DNA of 64,000 bases from Alphaproteobacteria bacterium (GTDB lineage: Bacteria > Pseudomonadota > Alphaproteobacteria > UBA828): assembly GCA_963667785.2 (NCBI GenBank), contig CAXXMU010000001.1, forward strand, positions 576,001 to 640,000. Reading direction: 5' to 3'. Positions 63,665-64,000 of the stretch are shown here, piece by piece (within the stretch, counting starts at the first letter, position 1; each line of letters begins with the position of its first letter). The position numbers and the translations under genes were made by a program. The notes under the pieces are model-generated. The model ran no database searches, was not told the origin of the DNA, and saw only the letters and a program-made list of their open reading frames with translations.

Positions 63665-64000
63665 CTACTGCGTGCCTGTCGTGTTGCCCTGCCGGCGCTG
63701 CAGCTCCGGCAGAGGCAGGTAGGGAACGACGCCGCTGCCGCCCTGCGCCGGCGAATCGATGATGATCTTGTCGATCCCGCCGAGCACCTCCTCCATCGTC
63801 TCCAGGAACATGCGGCGGCGGACCACGTCCATGTTCTGCGCATACTCGCCGTAGACCGAGAGGAAGCGCGCCGCCTCACCCTGGGCCTTGGCGACCACCT
63901 CCTCCTTGTAGGCCGTGCCTTCCTGCACGAGCCGCTCGGCGGCGCCGCGTGCGCGCGGGATGATGTCGTTGCGGTAGGCCTCGGCCTCGTTCTTCGCCCG
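63665..64000 (-). CDS. hflK: Protease modulator HflK (3' part; truncated by window edge)
   Basis: A.GEA.RF, R.R.FLETME.VL, VVPYLPL; upstream of hflC. Confidence 0.9.
   Translation of the reverse strand, partial: RAKNEAEAYRNDIIPRARGAAERLVQEGTAYKEEVVAKAQGEAARFLSVYGEYAQNMDVVRRRMFLETMEEVLGGIDKIIIDSPAQGGSGVVPYLPLPELQRRQGNTTGTQ

Overview
High-GC alphaproteobacterial chromosome segment with Rhodospirillales-like gene order. Most of it is housekeeping: nadK, moaA, apt, cysQ, tsaC, ubiG, lysC, rodZ, hisS-prfA-prmC, clpB, purH, mtnA, purF-cvpA-radA-mlaFE, ilvE, mreBCD-mrdA-rodA, leuA, ilvBNC, miaA and hflKC. I saw no rRNA, tRNA, CRISPR array, transposase or phage gene. The stand-out is a ~6 kb locus (6880-12995) built around a Cys-Asn-Pro-Cys (CNPC) repeat. 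It encodes a secreted ~420-aa protein with ~57 repeat Cys fused to a cytochrome P460/c'-beta-like haem domain, and a separate 67-aa secreted peptide with the same CNPC(A) core. Between and beside them are a divergent exported FGE-sulfatase-fold enzyme with a CxxC, a Tat-exported aldo-keto reductase, RidA, a membrane DUF, a His-rich DUF and a class I cytochrome c. This could be an undescribed periplasmic Cys-rich peptide modification or metal-redox system. Other points: an F420-type LLM/NpdG pair, a 1-nt frameshift in prfA, a DUF1015 gene in the slot where serB usually sits, an M23 peptidase with five LysM-like modules, and a 10-bp-periodic intergenic repeat flanked by REP-like palindromes. Family names come from motif recognition only; no database searches were run.
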